NCBI GenBank assembly: GCA_965657355.1
Contig: CBFHOE010000007.1
Span: forward strand, 96,001 to 160,000
Reading direction: 5' to 3'
Source of the DNA: Limisphaerales bacterium
GTDB taxonomy: Bacteria > Verrucomicrobiota > Verrucomicrobiia > Limisphaerales > JAJOIW01
Length of the DNA stretch: 64,000 nucleotides
The notes beneath the pieces were generated by a model that worked only from the letters and a program-made list of their open reading frames with translations, was not told where the DNA came from and searched no databases. How positions within the stretch are numbered: position 1 is the first letter of the stretch; each line of letters begins with the position of its first letter. Below, piece by piece: positions 1 to 9,690 of the stretch. The position numbers and the translations under genes were made by a program.

Positions 1-2
1 GA

Positions 3-1079
3 ATTGCTATGGAGGCAATTGGCCTAATGATTCCATACAGTTCATCAATACCCGCAGAGTCGCCAGAGAAGAAAAAAGAAATGGAGTTAGTCGGCACTTA
101 TATGAATTCCATCCTAAAATCTGGGATTTTACCTAAAGATATCCTAACAAAAAAAGCTTTCCACAATGCAACAACTGCCATCGCTGCTGCCGGTGGATCG
201 ACAAATGGAATACTCCATATACTTGCACTAGCAAGAGAGGCTAAAGTTAATTTCACCTTAAAGGACATACAAAAAATACTTCGTCAAACGCCCGTGATGT
301 GCCAATTTGCTCCGAGAGGAAAAGGAACCATGGTCGACCTTCACCATTTAGGTGGCACTCCGATGCTACTCAAACATTTTCTTAAGTGTGGATTACTCCA
401 TGGGGATTGCATGACGATTACTGGAAAGACTTTAAAAGAAAACTTGGATTTGGCGCCTGATTTACCACTAGAGCAAGACCTCATAGCTCATGAAGAAACT
501 CCATTCCGAGATTATGCTGACATGCAAATTTGTTTTGGAAACATAGCCCCTGACGGAATCGTGTTCAAAGTATCCAGCATCAAGGAGGGAAAATTCAAAG
601 GGAAAGCGATGTGTTTCACTGATCCAAAAGCCATTGTTGATGCTGTTTCAGGTGGAAAAATCACACCTGGCACTGTCGTAGTCCTGCGGGAAATGGGTCC
701 TGTGGCATGCGGGATGCCAGAAGTATTGGTCGCGACATCATCACTAGCCGTTCCTGAACTCTACGGAAAAGTGGCCCTCATATCGGATACAAGAGTTTCA
801 GGGGTATCCCATGGAGCCATAGGAATCCATTGTTCACCAGAGGCTGTTGTGGGTGGACCAATAGGATTTATTGAAGATGGAGACCTCATCAATATTGACC
901 TCCTTAATGGCATAATTCAATGTGATGTGAATTCAACAGAATGGGACAAAAGAAAAGAAGTTGTGTTATCGGGATTAAAAGAAATCCAATATCAAAGGGG
1001 GTATCTTGCAGATTTCGGGTCAACAGTAACGCAAGCCTCGGAAGGGTGCGTCCCAAAATGGGTTTTAATTTCTGATTAA
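3..1079 (+). CDS. ilvD: Dihydroxy-acid dehydratase (IlvD/Edd family), 5'-partial
   Basis: Frame open to the window edge; motifs GGSTNGILH, GGTPMLLK, GNIAPDG, GP-GMPE, ISDTRVSG, GIHCSPEAVVGGPIG. A sugar-acid dehydratase paralog is not excluded. Confidence 0.85.
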   Translation: MAMEAIGLMIPYSSSIPAESPEKKKEMELVGTYMNSILKSGILPKDILTKKAFHNATTAIAAAGGSTNGILHILALAREAKVNFTLKDIQKILRQTPVMCQFAPRGKGTMVDLHHLGGTPMLLKHFLKCGLLHGDCMTITGKTLKENLDLAPDLPLEQDLIAHEETPFRDYADMQICFGNIAPDGIVFKVSSIKEGKFKGKAMCFTDPKAIVDAVSGGKITPGTVVVLREMGPVACGMPEVLVATSSLAVPELYGKVALISDTRVSGVSHGAIGIHCSPEAVVGGPIGFIEDGDLINIDLLNGIIQCDVNSTEWDKRKEVVLSGLKEIQYQRGYLADFGSTVTQASEGCVPKWVLISD

Positions 1080-2144
1080 CATTTTCCAAAATTTTGAATA
1101 CTCATTGACCATGGATGCTACTTTGAAACCGGTCTCAAACCTTTTTCTCGCAGCCTCCCCCATCTCTAGTAAAGCATAAGGATCTCCGATACATTTTTCG
1201 ATAGCATTCATTAAATCGCCATCTTTATTTGGGTCGAAAACAAATCCGGTAATTCCGTTATCTACAATTTCGTTACCACCACCAAGGGATGAGGCAATGG
1301 ATGGAATCCCAGAGCGAGCCGCCTCGATCAGGACAGTTGGCAATGAATCAAATGACGTCGAGGTGTGGATAAGAATACCCGCATTCGAAAATATCTTATC
1401 ACTTGGTTGCCTCCCATGCAGAAATACGTTTTTTCCAAGCCCAGATAGAGATTTGGCTCTATGAGAGTACTCAGAACAGATGTCACCATACAAATGCCAG
1501 TCCAGTTTGTGAGAAGCATCTGCAGAATTAATATAATCTGCAATTAACTCAAATCCTTTGACGGGAGAATACATTCCGAGGAACACCATGTTAATTCTAT
1601 CCCCAAAATATGCTTTTTTGAGTTGTGGTCTAAAACCATGCTCATCATTAAGTCCGTTATAAATGACAGTGATTTTTTTCTTGTAACCTGAACGATTACA
1701 TTCCGTCGCAACGGCTTTAGAAACCGAAACCATTCCATCAAAATGGTTCCCAGAAAACCGCATCAGAAGTCGTCTCAGCGAGCCATGAAAATTAGCACAT
1801 GGATGGTCATGCAAAGTACCAGAAATTTTTTGGCCCCTGCGAGATTTTAATACAAACAAGAGTTCGAAAGCACGAGCAGTCCAAGCATGAAGAATATCAA
1901 ATTTTCGGCATTGTCTGCGGACTTTAAAAGCTGCTGCGATATTGTTTTTCAGGCTATCTTTTGAGGAAGGCAATGGGATGGCATGATAGCCAAGCTCTTT
2001 GGCTCCGATATAGATACCAGTCGATTCAGGCGCAATTATGGTAATAAAATTTTTACCATCAGGAATAGCCTTTAATAACTCCATTAGCACGACCTCGGCA
2101 CCATACCCTTTCCCCTCTGTGACGCTTAGAATGGCAACTTTCAT
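1065..2144 (-). CDS. Glycosyltransferase family 4 (GT-B)
   Basis: YGAE N-terminus, VIYNG, KGF, DSLPTVLIEAARSGIP (D/E-x7-E), EIVDNGITG. Confidence 0.9.
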   Translation of the reverse strand: MKVAILSVTEGKGYGAEVVLMELLKAIPDGKNFITIIAPESTGIYIGAKELGYHAIPLPSSKDSLKNNIAAAFKVRRQCRKFDILHAWTARAFELLFVLKSRRGQKISGTLHDHPCANFHGSLRRLLMRFSGNHFDGMVSVSKAVATECNRSGYKKKITVIYNGLNDEHGFRPQLKKAYFGDRINMVFLGMYSPVKGFELIADYINSADASHKLDWHLYGDICSEYSHRAKSLSGLGKNVFLHGRQPSDKIFSNAGILIHTSTSFDSLPTVLIEAARSGIPSIASSLGGGNEIVDNGITGFVFDPNKDGDLMNAIEKCIGDPYALLEMGEAARKRFETGFKVASMVNEYSKFWKMLIRN

Positions 2145-2154
2145 TTTCTAAAAA

Positions 2155-3141
2155 TCATTGATGACTCCAATGGGGGGGTTTTCCAATGAGAATATTTTTA
2201 ATTTTTCTCACACTCTGAACAATCCTGGGGTCTATGGAATACAAAACAGAATACAAATTTTTGGGAATCCCCATACTGAGGGCTTCCTTCATTTTTTTTG
2301 CCGCTGTCCTAAATTCGCCGGCTCTTTCAAATTGTTGAGCAACTCGAGATAATGCGTAGGCTTCGCCAATTTTAACTGCATCAAATTGCTCGGGGTATTT
2401 TTCTTTGATGATGCGGAGGGTTTCAAATTCTTCCTCGAGAGATGTATCAATCTTTCGTGTAATATTTCCCTGATGCCTTCTATATTTAGTAAAAATTCGG
2501 TCCAAATATCCTATTTTCCCAGCAAGAGCCACTTCGATCATAAATAACCAGTCACTCGCTATGGGTATTCTGGCGTTGAATCCGCCTCTGGGCATGCACT
2601 TCTTCCGAAACATCATCGAACTAGATAACAAGGCATTGCCCTTTATCAATTGTCCACCATCTCCAAAAATTGGGGGGTTAGTACTGGGATCATTGTGCAC
2701 CCCCATGACTCGGCCAGTATCACTATCAAAAACCTCGGCATTTGTGCAACAAATAGACACTTCTAGGTTGGCGTGCAGAAAATCAACTTGCGATGTGATT
2801 TTTCCAGGCAACATCAAATCATCGCCGCCGGTCAGCGCAATAAGTTCCCCATCGCAGCCTTGGAGCGCTTTATTAAAATTTCCAGTAATCCCCAAATTCT
2901 CTTTATTGATCAAAATGTTAATAAAGTTATATCGGGAAGAGAATTCTTTTAAAATATCAGGCGTTCTGTCTGTTGAGGCATCATCTGAACACACTATTTG
3001 TATGGGCCTGTAATCTTGTTGAATGATCGAATCCAGAGTTTCAGCCACAAATGCTTCTTGATTATAAAAAGCAATAGCAACGGAGACAAGCGGTCTCCCA
3101 CTGGGTTTGCTAGCACTCCCGATCTCCATAAATTTTGTCAT
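2155..3141 (-). CDS. Glycosyltransferase family 2 (GT-A)
   Basis: PLVSVAIAFYNQE, SDDASTD, NLGITGNFN, GDD, DW, YRRHQGN. Confidence 0.9.
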   Translation of the reverse strand: MTKFMEIGSASKPSGRPLVSVAIAFYNQEAFVAETLDSIIQQDYRPIQIVCSDDASTDRTPDILKEFSSRYNFINILINKENLGITGNFNKALQGCDGELIALTGGDDLMLPGKITSQVDFLHANLEVSICCTNAEVFDSDTGRVMGVHNDPSTNPPIFGDGGQLIKGNALLSSSMMFRKKCMPRGGFNARIPIASDWLFMIEVALAGKIGYLDRIFTKYRRHQGNITRKIDTSLEEEFETLRIIKEKYPEQFDAVKIGEAYALSRVAQQFERAGEFRTAAKKMKEALSMGIPKNLYSVLYSIDPRIVQSVRKIKNILIGKPPHWSHQ

Positions 3142-3273
3142 TTAAAGCCCTGCGTTTAGAAGCATAGGTATAAAAACAAGAATCAGGATCCTTTTGAAGG
3201 TCGAAATAAGACCTTAAAACTTGAATTTCTAAAAAACTTCCCCAAAATCTTCCCATTCACATTTTTTAACTTC

Positions 3274-3302
3274 TTGTTTTTGCGGTTAAAACCCTTTAGT
3301 TT
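3274..3302 (+). promoter_or_regulatory. Candidate sigma70-type promoter
   Basis: TTGTTT-N17-TAGTTT upstream of the ATG at 3335. Confidence 0.3.
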
Positions 3303-3334
3303 TCCGCCTCAATTTAAAAGAAAAGACATCATTT

Positions 3335-4339
3335 ATGGCAAGGAACGTTACATTATTTACCGGCCAATGGGCTGATTTACCGCTAGATACCATGGCTCAA
3401 AAAGCCAGTGAATTTGGATATGATGGTATCGAGCTGGCCTGCTGGGGGGACCACTTTGAAGTCGATAAAGCTCAGGAAAAATCATACTGCGACGGAAGAC
3501 ACGAGCTTTTGTCAAAATATGGACTAAAAACATGGGCGATCTCGAACCACCTGGTAGGCCAGGCGGTCTGTGACAAAATCGATGAAAGGCACAAAGCCAT
3601 ACTCCCCCCTCACGTCTGGGGAGATGGAAACCCTGTTGATGTTCAGAAAAGAGCTGCTGAAGAGATGATCAAAACGGGCATAGCTGCAAAAAATTTGGGC
3701 GTATCAGTTGTCAATGGCTTCACTGGATCATCAATCTGGCCTTACTTATATAGTTTTCCCCCAGTGCCGCCACAATGGATTGAAGATGGTTTTGCAGACT
3801 TCGCGGAAAGATTCAAACCCATCTTGGATGAATATCAATCAATGGGAATTAAATTCGCGCTAGAGGTCCACCCAACTGAGATTGCTTTTGACAGTTCTTC
3901 TGCCAAAAGAGCAATAGATGCCCTTGATGGGCACCCTGCCTTCGGTTTTAATTATGATCCTTCTCATCTGGGCTACCAAGGTGTCGACTACGTTCAATTC
4001 ATTTACGATTTTTCAGACCGAATTTTCCATGTCCACATGAAGGATGTATATTGGTCGGACACTCCAAAATCCGCCGGTGTATTCGGGGGGCACACCAATT
4101 TTGGAGATCCAGCAAGGTATTGGGAATTTAGATCCTTGGGAAGAGGCAGTGTTGATTTTGAAGAAATCATCCGAGCTCTGAACGAAATCAAATACTCTGG
4201 TCCTTTATCTGTCGAATGGGAGGACATTCGAATGAATAGAGAAGCTGGTGCGGAAGAGGCATGTCATTTCGTAAAATCTGTTGATTTTGAGCCTAGCGAA
4301 GTGGCATTTGACGCAGCCTTTGATAAAGAAAACCAATAA
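3335..4339 (+). CDS. Sugar phosphate isomerase/epimerase (xylose-isomerase-like TIM barrel, IolE-like)
   Basis: [10 protein letters not shown] start; metal-ligand motifs ALEVHP, NYDPSH, HVHMKD, LSVEWED. Confidence 0.85.
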   Translation: MARNVTLFTGQWADLPLDTMAQKASEFGYDGIELACWGDHFEVDKAQEKSYCDGRHELLSKYGLKTWAISNHLVGQAVCDKIDERHKAILPPHVWGDGNPVDVQKRAAEEMIKTGIAAKNLGVSVVNGFTGSSIWPYLYSFPPVPPQWIEDGFADFAERFKPILDEYQSMGIKFALEVHPTEIAFDSSSAKRAIDALDGHPAFGFNYDPSHLGYQGVDYVQFIYDFSDRIFHVHMKDVYWSDTPKSAGVFGGHTNFGDPARYWEFRSLGRGSVDFEEIIRALNEIKYSGPLSVEWEDIRMNREAGAEEACHFVKSVDFEPSEVAFDAAFDKENQ

Positions 4340-4365
4340 CTTATTGAGAAAACAATAATTTGTTT

Positions 4366-4402
4366 AAAAGAACAGGCCCATCAAGGGACCTGTTCTTTTT
4401 TA
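4366..4402 (+). terminator. Intrinsic terminator
   Basis: AAAAGAACAGG...CCTGTTCTTTT stem with T-tract just after the stop at 4339. Confidence 0.7.
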
Positions 4403-4453
4403 TTGAGACCGATTGTTAAAAGTTTATCATCCGAGCAACACACCTCAAAGCGA

Positions 4454-5152
4454 ATGAAAAAATTCGGTAATTTTATCCCCCATAATGGTCCCTATTCCAA
4501 AAGGCGCTTCCTTCGATCAAGCATCATTGGAGGAGCAGCTTTGTCAGCCACTCCAGGCCTTTTTGCAGAATTACTTTTAAAAACCCCAAAGCAAACCGAG
4601 GGGCCATATTATCCTGATAGTTTCCCATTAGACACCGACAATGATTTGATTGTTTTAAATGACAGTCTTACCCCTGCAGTGGGAGAAATAACTTACCTAT
4701 CGGGACGAATTATCGATGCTGGAGGAGACCCAATCAAAAACGCAGTGGTTGAAATCTGGCAATGCGATGGAAAAGGCTCTTATCTTCATTCCAAAGGGGC
4801 TAATCCCCGCAATGGACGTAAAAGAGACAGCCATTTTCAGGGTTTCGGTCGCTTTCTCACAGGGGCTAAAGGGGAATACTTCTTCAGAACAATTAAACCT
4901 GTTCCATATCCAGGAAGAACTCCACATATTCACGTTATCGTCAAAAAGGGAAATAAAAGACTTCTGACGACTCAATGCTACATCAAAGGCCATGAATTAA
5001 ATGCGAGAGACGGAGTGCTCCGGCAAATTCGTAATCCTAAATTAAAAGAACTCCTAATGGTTGACTGGAAACCCGTTACTGGTTCTAAAATCGTAGAATA
5101 CGGAGCTCAATGGGATATTATTGTTGGGCATACTCCTGCAGATGCAGCCTGA
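4454..5152 (+). CDS. Intradiol ring-cleavage dioxygenase-like protein (protocatechuate 3,4-dioxygenase family) with Tat signal
   Basis: TEGPYYP, VEIWQCD, GFGR, FRTIKPVPYPGRTPHIH; SKRRFL twin-arginine leader. ATG 4454 preferred over TTG 4403, which abuts the terminator. Confidence 0.8.
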   Translation: MKKFGNFIPHNGPYSKRRFLRSSIIGGAALSATPGLFAELLLKTPKQTEGPYYPDSFPLDTDNDLIVLNDSLTPAVGEITYLSGRIIDAGGDPIKNAVVEIWQCDGKGSYLHSKGANPRNGRKRDSHFQGFGRFLTGAKGEYFFRTIKPVPYPGRTPHIHVIVKKGNKRLLTTQCYIKGHELNARDGVLRQIRNPKLKELLMVDWKPVTGSKIVEYGAQWDIIVGHTPADAA

Positions 5153-6040
5153 ATTAAATTATCTGGCTACATTCTTGATTGAACCATCCCTGACACACCA
5201 CCGATAAAATTCAAATTCATGAGAATTAGTCACTCTGGCTGATATTTTTGCCCTTGCTCCTGCCATACAAGGCCGACTGTTCCTATTGTCTTTTTACCGC
5301 TGAGCGAGGAACCTGAAACTAGGTCGTAAAATAATAGCAAAGTCGCCAAAGATATTTCGGCTCTCTGGCCAGAAATATTGTTATTAGAGTCTTTTTTAAT
5401 TAAAAGCGCACTGAATGCTATCCAGCGAAGCCCCCAGCAATAGACCTTAACTGTGGGACCAGTAATACGGAATCCTTCATAACATTCTTCCGTCTTTTGA
5501 AACCATCAAGGGACCGAATTACGGCAGGGTTGATCTCAGCCCAGGACACGCACCGATTTGATTTACAGGTTAAGAAATCCTTATTCGGGTTTTTATTAAC
5601 TGCATTTTCTGAAGAAAATTATCGTTTAGACTGCGATATATCCTTTGCAGATTTTCGTTGATAAGCGACTCATTGCTTATAATCGCCACTAAATTACTAC
5701 AAACAATTCTGAAAGTTTTCGATTTCAAGTGCTAACATAGGATTAATCATAAGATGCCCTCTTTACCGCACAAAACTTGGAATCAGTGGTTTTGTCAAAT
5801 TTCTAGATCGTAAATAATCATCAACTTGGAGTTATTTATTTTAACAACCTCATGCGGACAGTTTTACATATTTCCCGCCAATGGATCCTTGTTTTCACTA
5901 CCTCTTGAATCGATAAAATAGTGCATTCTGCATCAAATAACTTTTGTTAATTGTCAAACCAGTCACCTCCTGCCGTATAATTTTTATTCCCAATACCACC
6001 TGCGCCCGCAAAAGCACACTTTTTCCTTTAGAGGAACGGT

Positions 6041-6070
6041 TTGACAACATCTCGCCGGTTGCTTTATATT
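6041..6070 (+). promoter_or_regulatory. Candidate sigma70 promoter
   Basis: TTGACA-N18-TATATT, 24 nt before the ATG at 6095. Confidence 0.55.
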
Positions 6071-6094
6071 TAAAGAATCCAAGATAAAAACCTC

Positions 6095-6955
6095 ATGAAT
6101 CAATTTAGAAAAAAATTAAAGGGATTTACCCTCATCGAGCTGCTTGTCGTGATTGCGATCATCGCGATCCTCGCCTCAATGCTTCTCCCCGCGCTAAATA
6201 GCGCCAAAGGAAAAGCTATGAACGCCAAAGCATTAAACAACCTTAAGCAACTAACGATTGGCTGGGCTTTATACAACGCAGACAACGATGACGAAGTACC
6301 TGCTGCAGGACGTTCTAACGGAGTTCCTGAGTGGACAGGTGGAGGATGGTTAGATCTTCCCGTCAATGAGCGTGCTGAGGTCGACCCACTTTGGGTGCGA
6401 TCTGGTAATGATCGTGGTATAGCAAATAGTCCAATGTGGTCATACGCAGGCAAAAATCCCCTTCTCTTCCGTGATCCGGGTGACAAGTCAGTGGGCTCAT
6501 GGCCTAGCTACAAAGGCGGAGCTACTTCACCTCGCGTTCGCTCTTACTCCATGAATAACTGGGTCGGCGGGCCGTCATGGGGCGGTTCAGGATCAAATGC
6601 TACAACAGGAAGACCATGGAAAGTATTCAGAAGAGAATCCGAAATGATCCAACCTGGCGCTGCAAGCACAATTGTATTCATCTCTGAGCGACCTGACTCA
6701 ATCAACGATGGATATTTCGTTATCGACATGCAGGGCTTCGTCGGCTCACGATTCAGACAGCGTATCGTTGATTATCCAGCCGGATATCACGGCGGCGCTG
6801 GAACTGTTGGTTTTGCTGACGCTCACGCAGAGATCCACAGGTGGAGAGATGCAAGAACAGTCCCACGCCTCAACGCAAAGCGTGAAATTCCTCTAAACGT
6901 GTCGTCTCCAAACAACGTCGATGTCTATTGGATGCAACAACGAGGAACAAGATAA
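6095..6955 (+). CDS. Prepilin-type N-terminal cleavage/methylation protein with H-X9-DG-like C-terminal domain (DUF1559-like PVC family)
   Basis: [51 protein letters not shown]. Confidence 0.9.
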   Translation: MNQFRKKLKGFTLIELLVVIAIIAILASMLLPALNSAKGKAMNAKALNNLKQLTIGWALYNADNDDEVPAAGRSNGVPEWTGGGWLDLPVNERAEVDPLWVRSGNDRGIANSPMWSYAGKNPLLFRDPGDKSVGSWPSYKGGATSPRVRSYSMNNWVGGPSWGGSGSNATTGRPWKVFRRESEMIQPGAASTIVFISERPDSINDGYFVIDMQGFVGSRFRQRIVDYPAGYHGGAGTVGFADAHAEIHRWRDARTVPRLNAKREIPLNVSSPNNVDVYWMQQRGTR

Positions 6956-6976
6956 TTTAACTTCAATACGAATACC

Positions 6977-7005
6977 AAAAAGCCTCCCAATGGGAGGCTT
7001 TTTTT
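6977..7005. terminator. Bidirectional intrinsic terminator
   Basis: AAAAAGCCTCCCA-AT-GGGAGGCTTTTTTT between convergent genes. Confidence 0.85.
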
Positions 7006-7056
7006 ATGTTTATTGTTCAATAGAAAAATCTATAAATTAATTCTTTTGCACTCGTT

Positions 7057-8055
7057 CTAACTCTCACTTTCGATGAGTGCCTGGAAAGTGGCAAACGCAG
7101 AATTGACAGCTCCCTCTATCTTGCCGCCGCCAAATCCGTCACCAGCTATGTAACCAATAGGTGGACCGCTTAATTTTAGAAAACCGGGTTCCATTTTTTG
7201 GAGTGATAAAGAATACCGCCACCGATGTGGTTGGCATTCAACTACGCTATCGCCAACCCAAGCTTTTGCCTCCTCTAAAAGTTTTTGGGCAGCGATCGAC
7301 AAATCTTCTTCCCAGTTCTCCTCTGCAAAAAGTGGGTCAGAGTGGATGGTAATAAGAGACTCATCAGGATTTTGAGTTGGCAATCCCTTTTGAGTATTGT
7401 CGGCAATCCATGAAATTGGACCGGAATCAAATCTTATCCCCCCCGGCTTGGGAATCTTACTTTCGCCTGAAATCTTAACCATGAGAGCAATACTTGGATG
7501 GTAATTTATATTTTTAAGTATTTTCTCCTCATTGGAATTCAATTGGACTTCTCCATGATGCAACAACCTGAGAGCTTGTTCAGCAGGGCATGTCATAATT
7601 AACAGGTCGGCATTGAAAAACTCACCCTCAGCCGACTTGAGAGCCCAAGAGGAATCCTTGCGTTCAGTAAGATCAATTTTAACGGATGTTTGTATGTCCA
7701 ATCCCTTTGCCAATGCTTTTGGGATCGAGCTCATGCCATTTAATGCCATATAGCGAGGGTGGCCATCCTCGAAAGCCTCCCCGGCAGTGCTGGTCGCAAA
7801 ACCTTTGCTCCAAACTCTCACGACGTCCTTGACTGCTGGATCACTGAGAACTGCCCGCATGTTGTCTCCCCGCGCGGTAAAAAATTGGGCACCATGATCA
7901 ACACGTCCACCTCCAAAGCGTCTTGTGGCCATTCTTCCACCGACACCTCTCCCTTTATCCAAAACCTTAACTTTAAACCCGTGGTTTTGAAGTTTTTTTG
8001 CCAGGATGAGCCCACATATTCCAGCACCCAAGATAATCACATTACTATTATGCAT
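7057..8055 (-). CDS. FAD-dependent oxidoreductase, renalase-like
   Basis: GAGICG Rossmann motif, DKGRGVGGRMATRR, DHGAQFFT, HRWRYS, AGDG, IEGA. Confidence 0.85.
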   Translation of the reverse strand: MHNSNVIILGAGICGLILAKKLQNHGFKVKVLDKGRGVGGRMATRRFGGGRVDHGAQFFTARGDNMRAVLSDPAVKDVVRVWSKGFATSTAGEAFEDGHPRYMALNGMSSIPKALAKGLDIQTSVKIDLTERKDSSWALKSAEGEFFNADLLIMTCPAEQALRLLHHGEVQLNSNEEKILKNINYHPSIALMVKISGESKIPKPGGIRFDSGPISWIADNTQKGLPTQNPDESLITIHSDPLFAEENWEEDLSIAAQKLLEEAKAWVGDSVVECQPHRWRYSLSLQKMEPGFLKLSGPPIGYIAGDGFGGGKIEGAVNSAFATFQALIESES

Positions 8056-8137
8056 ATAAATATTTGATGTGTTTTTGCTGTTGTTATGTCATAGAGAAGA
8101 GAATGGTTTTTAATTTATAGAAACCTAATATCTCAAT

Positions 8138-8632
8138 ATGAATAAAAACATCATAACAATAATTGGCTTGATTGCCATTGCCGGCCTTCTTTTCTTTACT
8201 GGCCAGTTAGGATCTTCCCCTGAAAAAACGATATTAAAAAGATTAGATAATTTATCGAAAATTATTCAGATAGCCCCACAGGATGGAAATCTAACCAAAG
8301 CTGCCCACATTTCGGGGTTCTCCGGGTTTTTTACCAAAGACACCTCGGTAAACATTAGGGTTAGGAATAGAGGAGCCTCAGCTGACTCTCGGGGCGAATT
8401 GGTCGAACAGTTCAAAATGTATAAAACAGCTTCTCAAGTAAGATCAATGTCTCTGAAATGGGATAAAGATGCGGCTGAGTTCGTTCATATCAACAAAAAT
8501 GAAATACAGTTAAAAATAAACCTGAAACTAAATTATAATGGCCAAAGTGATTGGTTTAATGGCCCGCTAGATTTGAATTGGGTGAAATCAGAAGGTTCTT
8601 GGAGAATTCGATCTATGATGAATACGAATTAG
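8138..8632 (+). CDS. Membrane-anchored hypothetical protein, NTF2/SnoaL-like
   Basis: N-terminal hydrophobic helix; C-terminal LNWVKSEGSWRI hairpin typical of NTF2-like folds. Confidence 0.6.
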   Translation: MNKNIITIIGLIAIAGLLFFTGQLGSSPEKTILKRLDNLSKIIQIAPQDGNLTKAAHISGFSGFFTKDTSVNIRVRNRGASADSRGELVEQFKMYKTASQVRSMSLKWDKDAAEFVHINKNEIQLKINLKLNYNGQSDWFNGPLDLNWVKSEGSWRIRSMMNTN

Positions 8633-8790
8633 ATTTTTCTACAGTTTTACAATGGAAATTACCACCGAATTTACCGCACTATTGGATGATTTTTCTGGAT
8701 TTTATAGCGATTTTATATTAATTATGTATTTAATTACATCCTAATTGCAATGTCCAGGGATGGTCACCTAAAGAGAATCGGAATTTAATT

Positions 8791-9528
8791 ATGGCAAACA
8801 ATCGAGGAGGAAAAGATCCACTAGCAATCACATTTGCAGTTATCGCAATTCTAACATCGGGAGCAGCATTTTTTTTCGGTTACGCTCTCAAAACACAGCA
8901 AGAAGAATCAAAGTCAGCAGTTCTTGCAATCCTCAAGGCCAACAACAAAACATTGGTCGAATACAATAAAATTGTAGAGCAACATCAGTCCGCAATCACA
9001 AGAATTAATGAAGACTTCGAGAAGTTTAAAGAAGATATTTCTCTGCTCTCAAAAGACATTTCTGAAACCCAGCTCTCCATGAGCTCTTTGCAAGACCTCA
9101 TGGATAAAATCGATCCTCAGCTAGCTGAAATTAAACTATCTATTTCAAAAACCGAATCTGATATCAGTGCGGCTAAATCCAAAATAGATAAACAATTTGA
9201 GGATCAAAAAGATATTAGAGTAGAAGTGGAAGGCCTTATTGGAAAATTCAATGGGCTCAACAATTCACTTGCACAAATTAAATCGAGGACATCGCGACTG
9301 AATCAAAAAATAGATTTTCTTGATAAACGTGATTTGAGCTCATTGCCCAAACCAGAACAAGATAACAATAAAGCAAACTCTGAGTCTGATTCATCCACAC
9401 AAGCTTCCAAGGATAAGATTTCCAAACAATCCCAAAACGTAAGTAACTCCAATTCAAAGGAGCAGAATAAGTTTGCTGAATCGGTAAGAGAAATTGCCAG
9501 CAGAAATCATTCGATCTCCAACCAATAA
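8791..9528 (+). CDS. Membrane-anchored coiled-coil hypothetical protein
   Basis: One N-terminal TM segment, long heptad-rich region, low-complexity S/N/K tail. Confidence 0.7.
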   Translation: MANNRGGKDPLAITFAVIAILTSGAAFFFGYALKTQQEESKSAVLAILKANNKTLVEYNKIVEQHQSAITRINEDFEKFKEDISLLSKDISETQLSMSSLQDLMDKIDPQLAEIKLSISKTESDISAAKSKIDKQFEDQKDIRVEVEGLIGKFNGLNNSLAQIKSRTSRLNQKIDFLDKRDLSSLPKPEQDNNKANSESDSSTQASKDKISKQSQNVSNSNSKEQNKFAESVREIASRNHSISNQ

Positions 9529-9690
9529 TCCTCAGGTAATTCTCTTTTTTAAACTTTACTGGTAAATAATTTATTTTGATACGAATGCAAGTTCTGGACT
9601 CGCATTTGATGACTATTTTCAACTCGGCTTGGTAAAGATTTACGCCCCTTTTTCATTTGAGAAAACCAATTTTTTGGGTATCTTTGTGAA

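Noticed and set aside
5219..5329. Short ORF with in-frame TGA and CPCSCH (selenoprotein or heme-peptide idea)
   Set aside because: Very short, no recognisable family, no convincing SECIS or export signal
4378..5515. 13-bp direct repeat CCATCAAGGGACC at 4378 and 5503 flanking the dioxygenase gene
   Set aside because: Only two copies, one is a terminator loop, and no recombinase or transposase is nearby; plausible by chance
5500..5560. TPP-riboswitch-like GGTGC..GCTGAGA..ACCC, and a group II intron-like GTGCG start, on the minus strand
   Set aside because: No ACCTGAT/P4-P5 half and no thiamine gene downstream; no domain V or maturase
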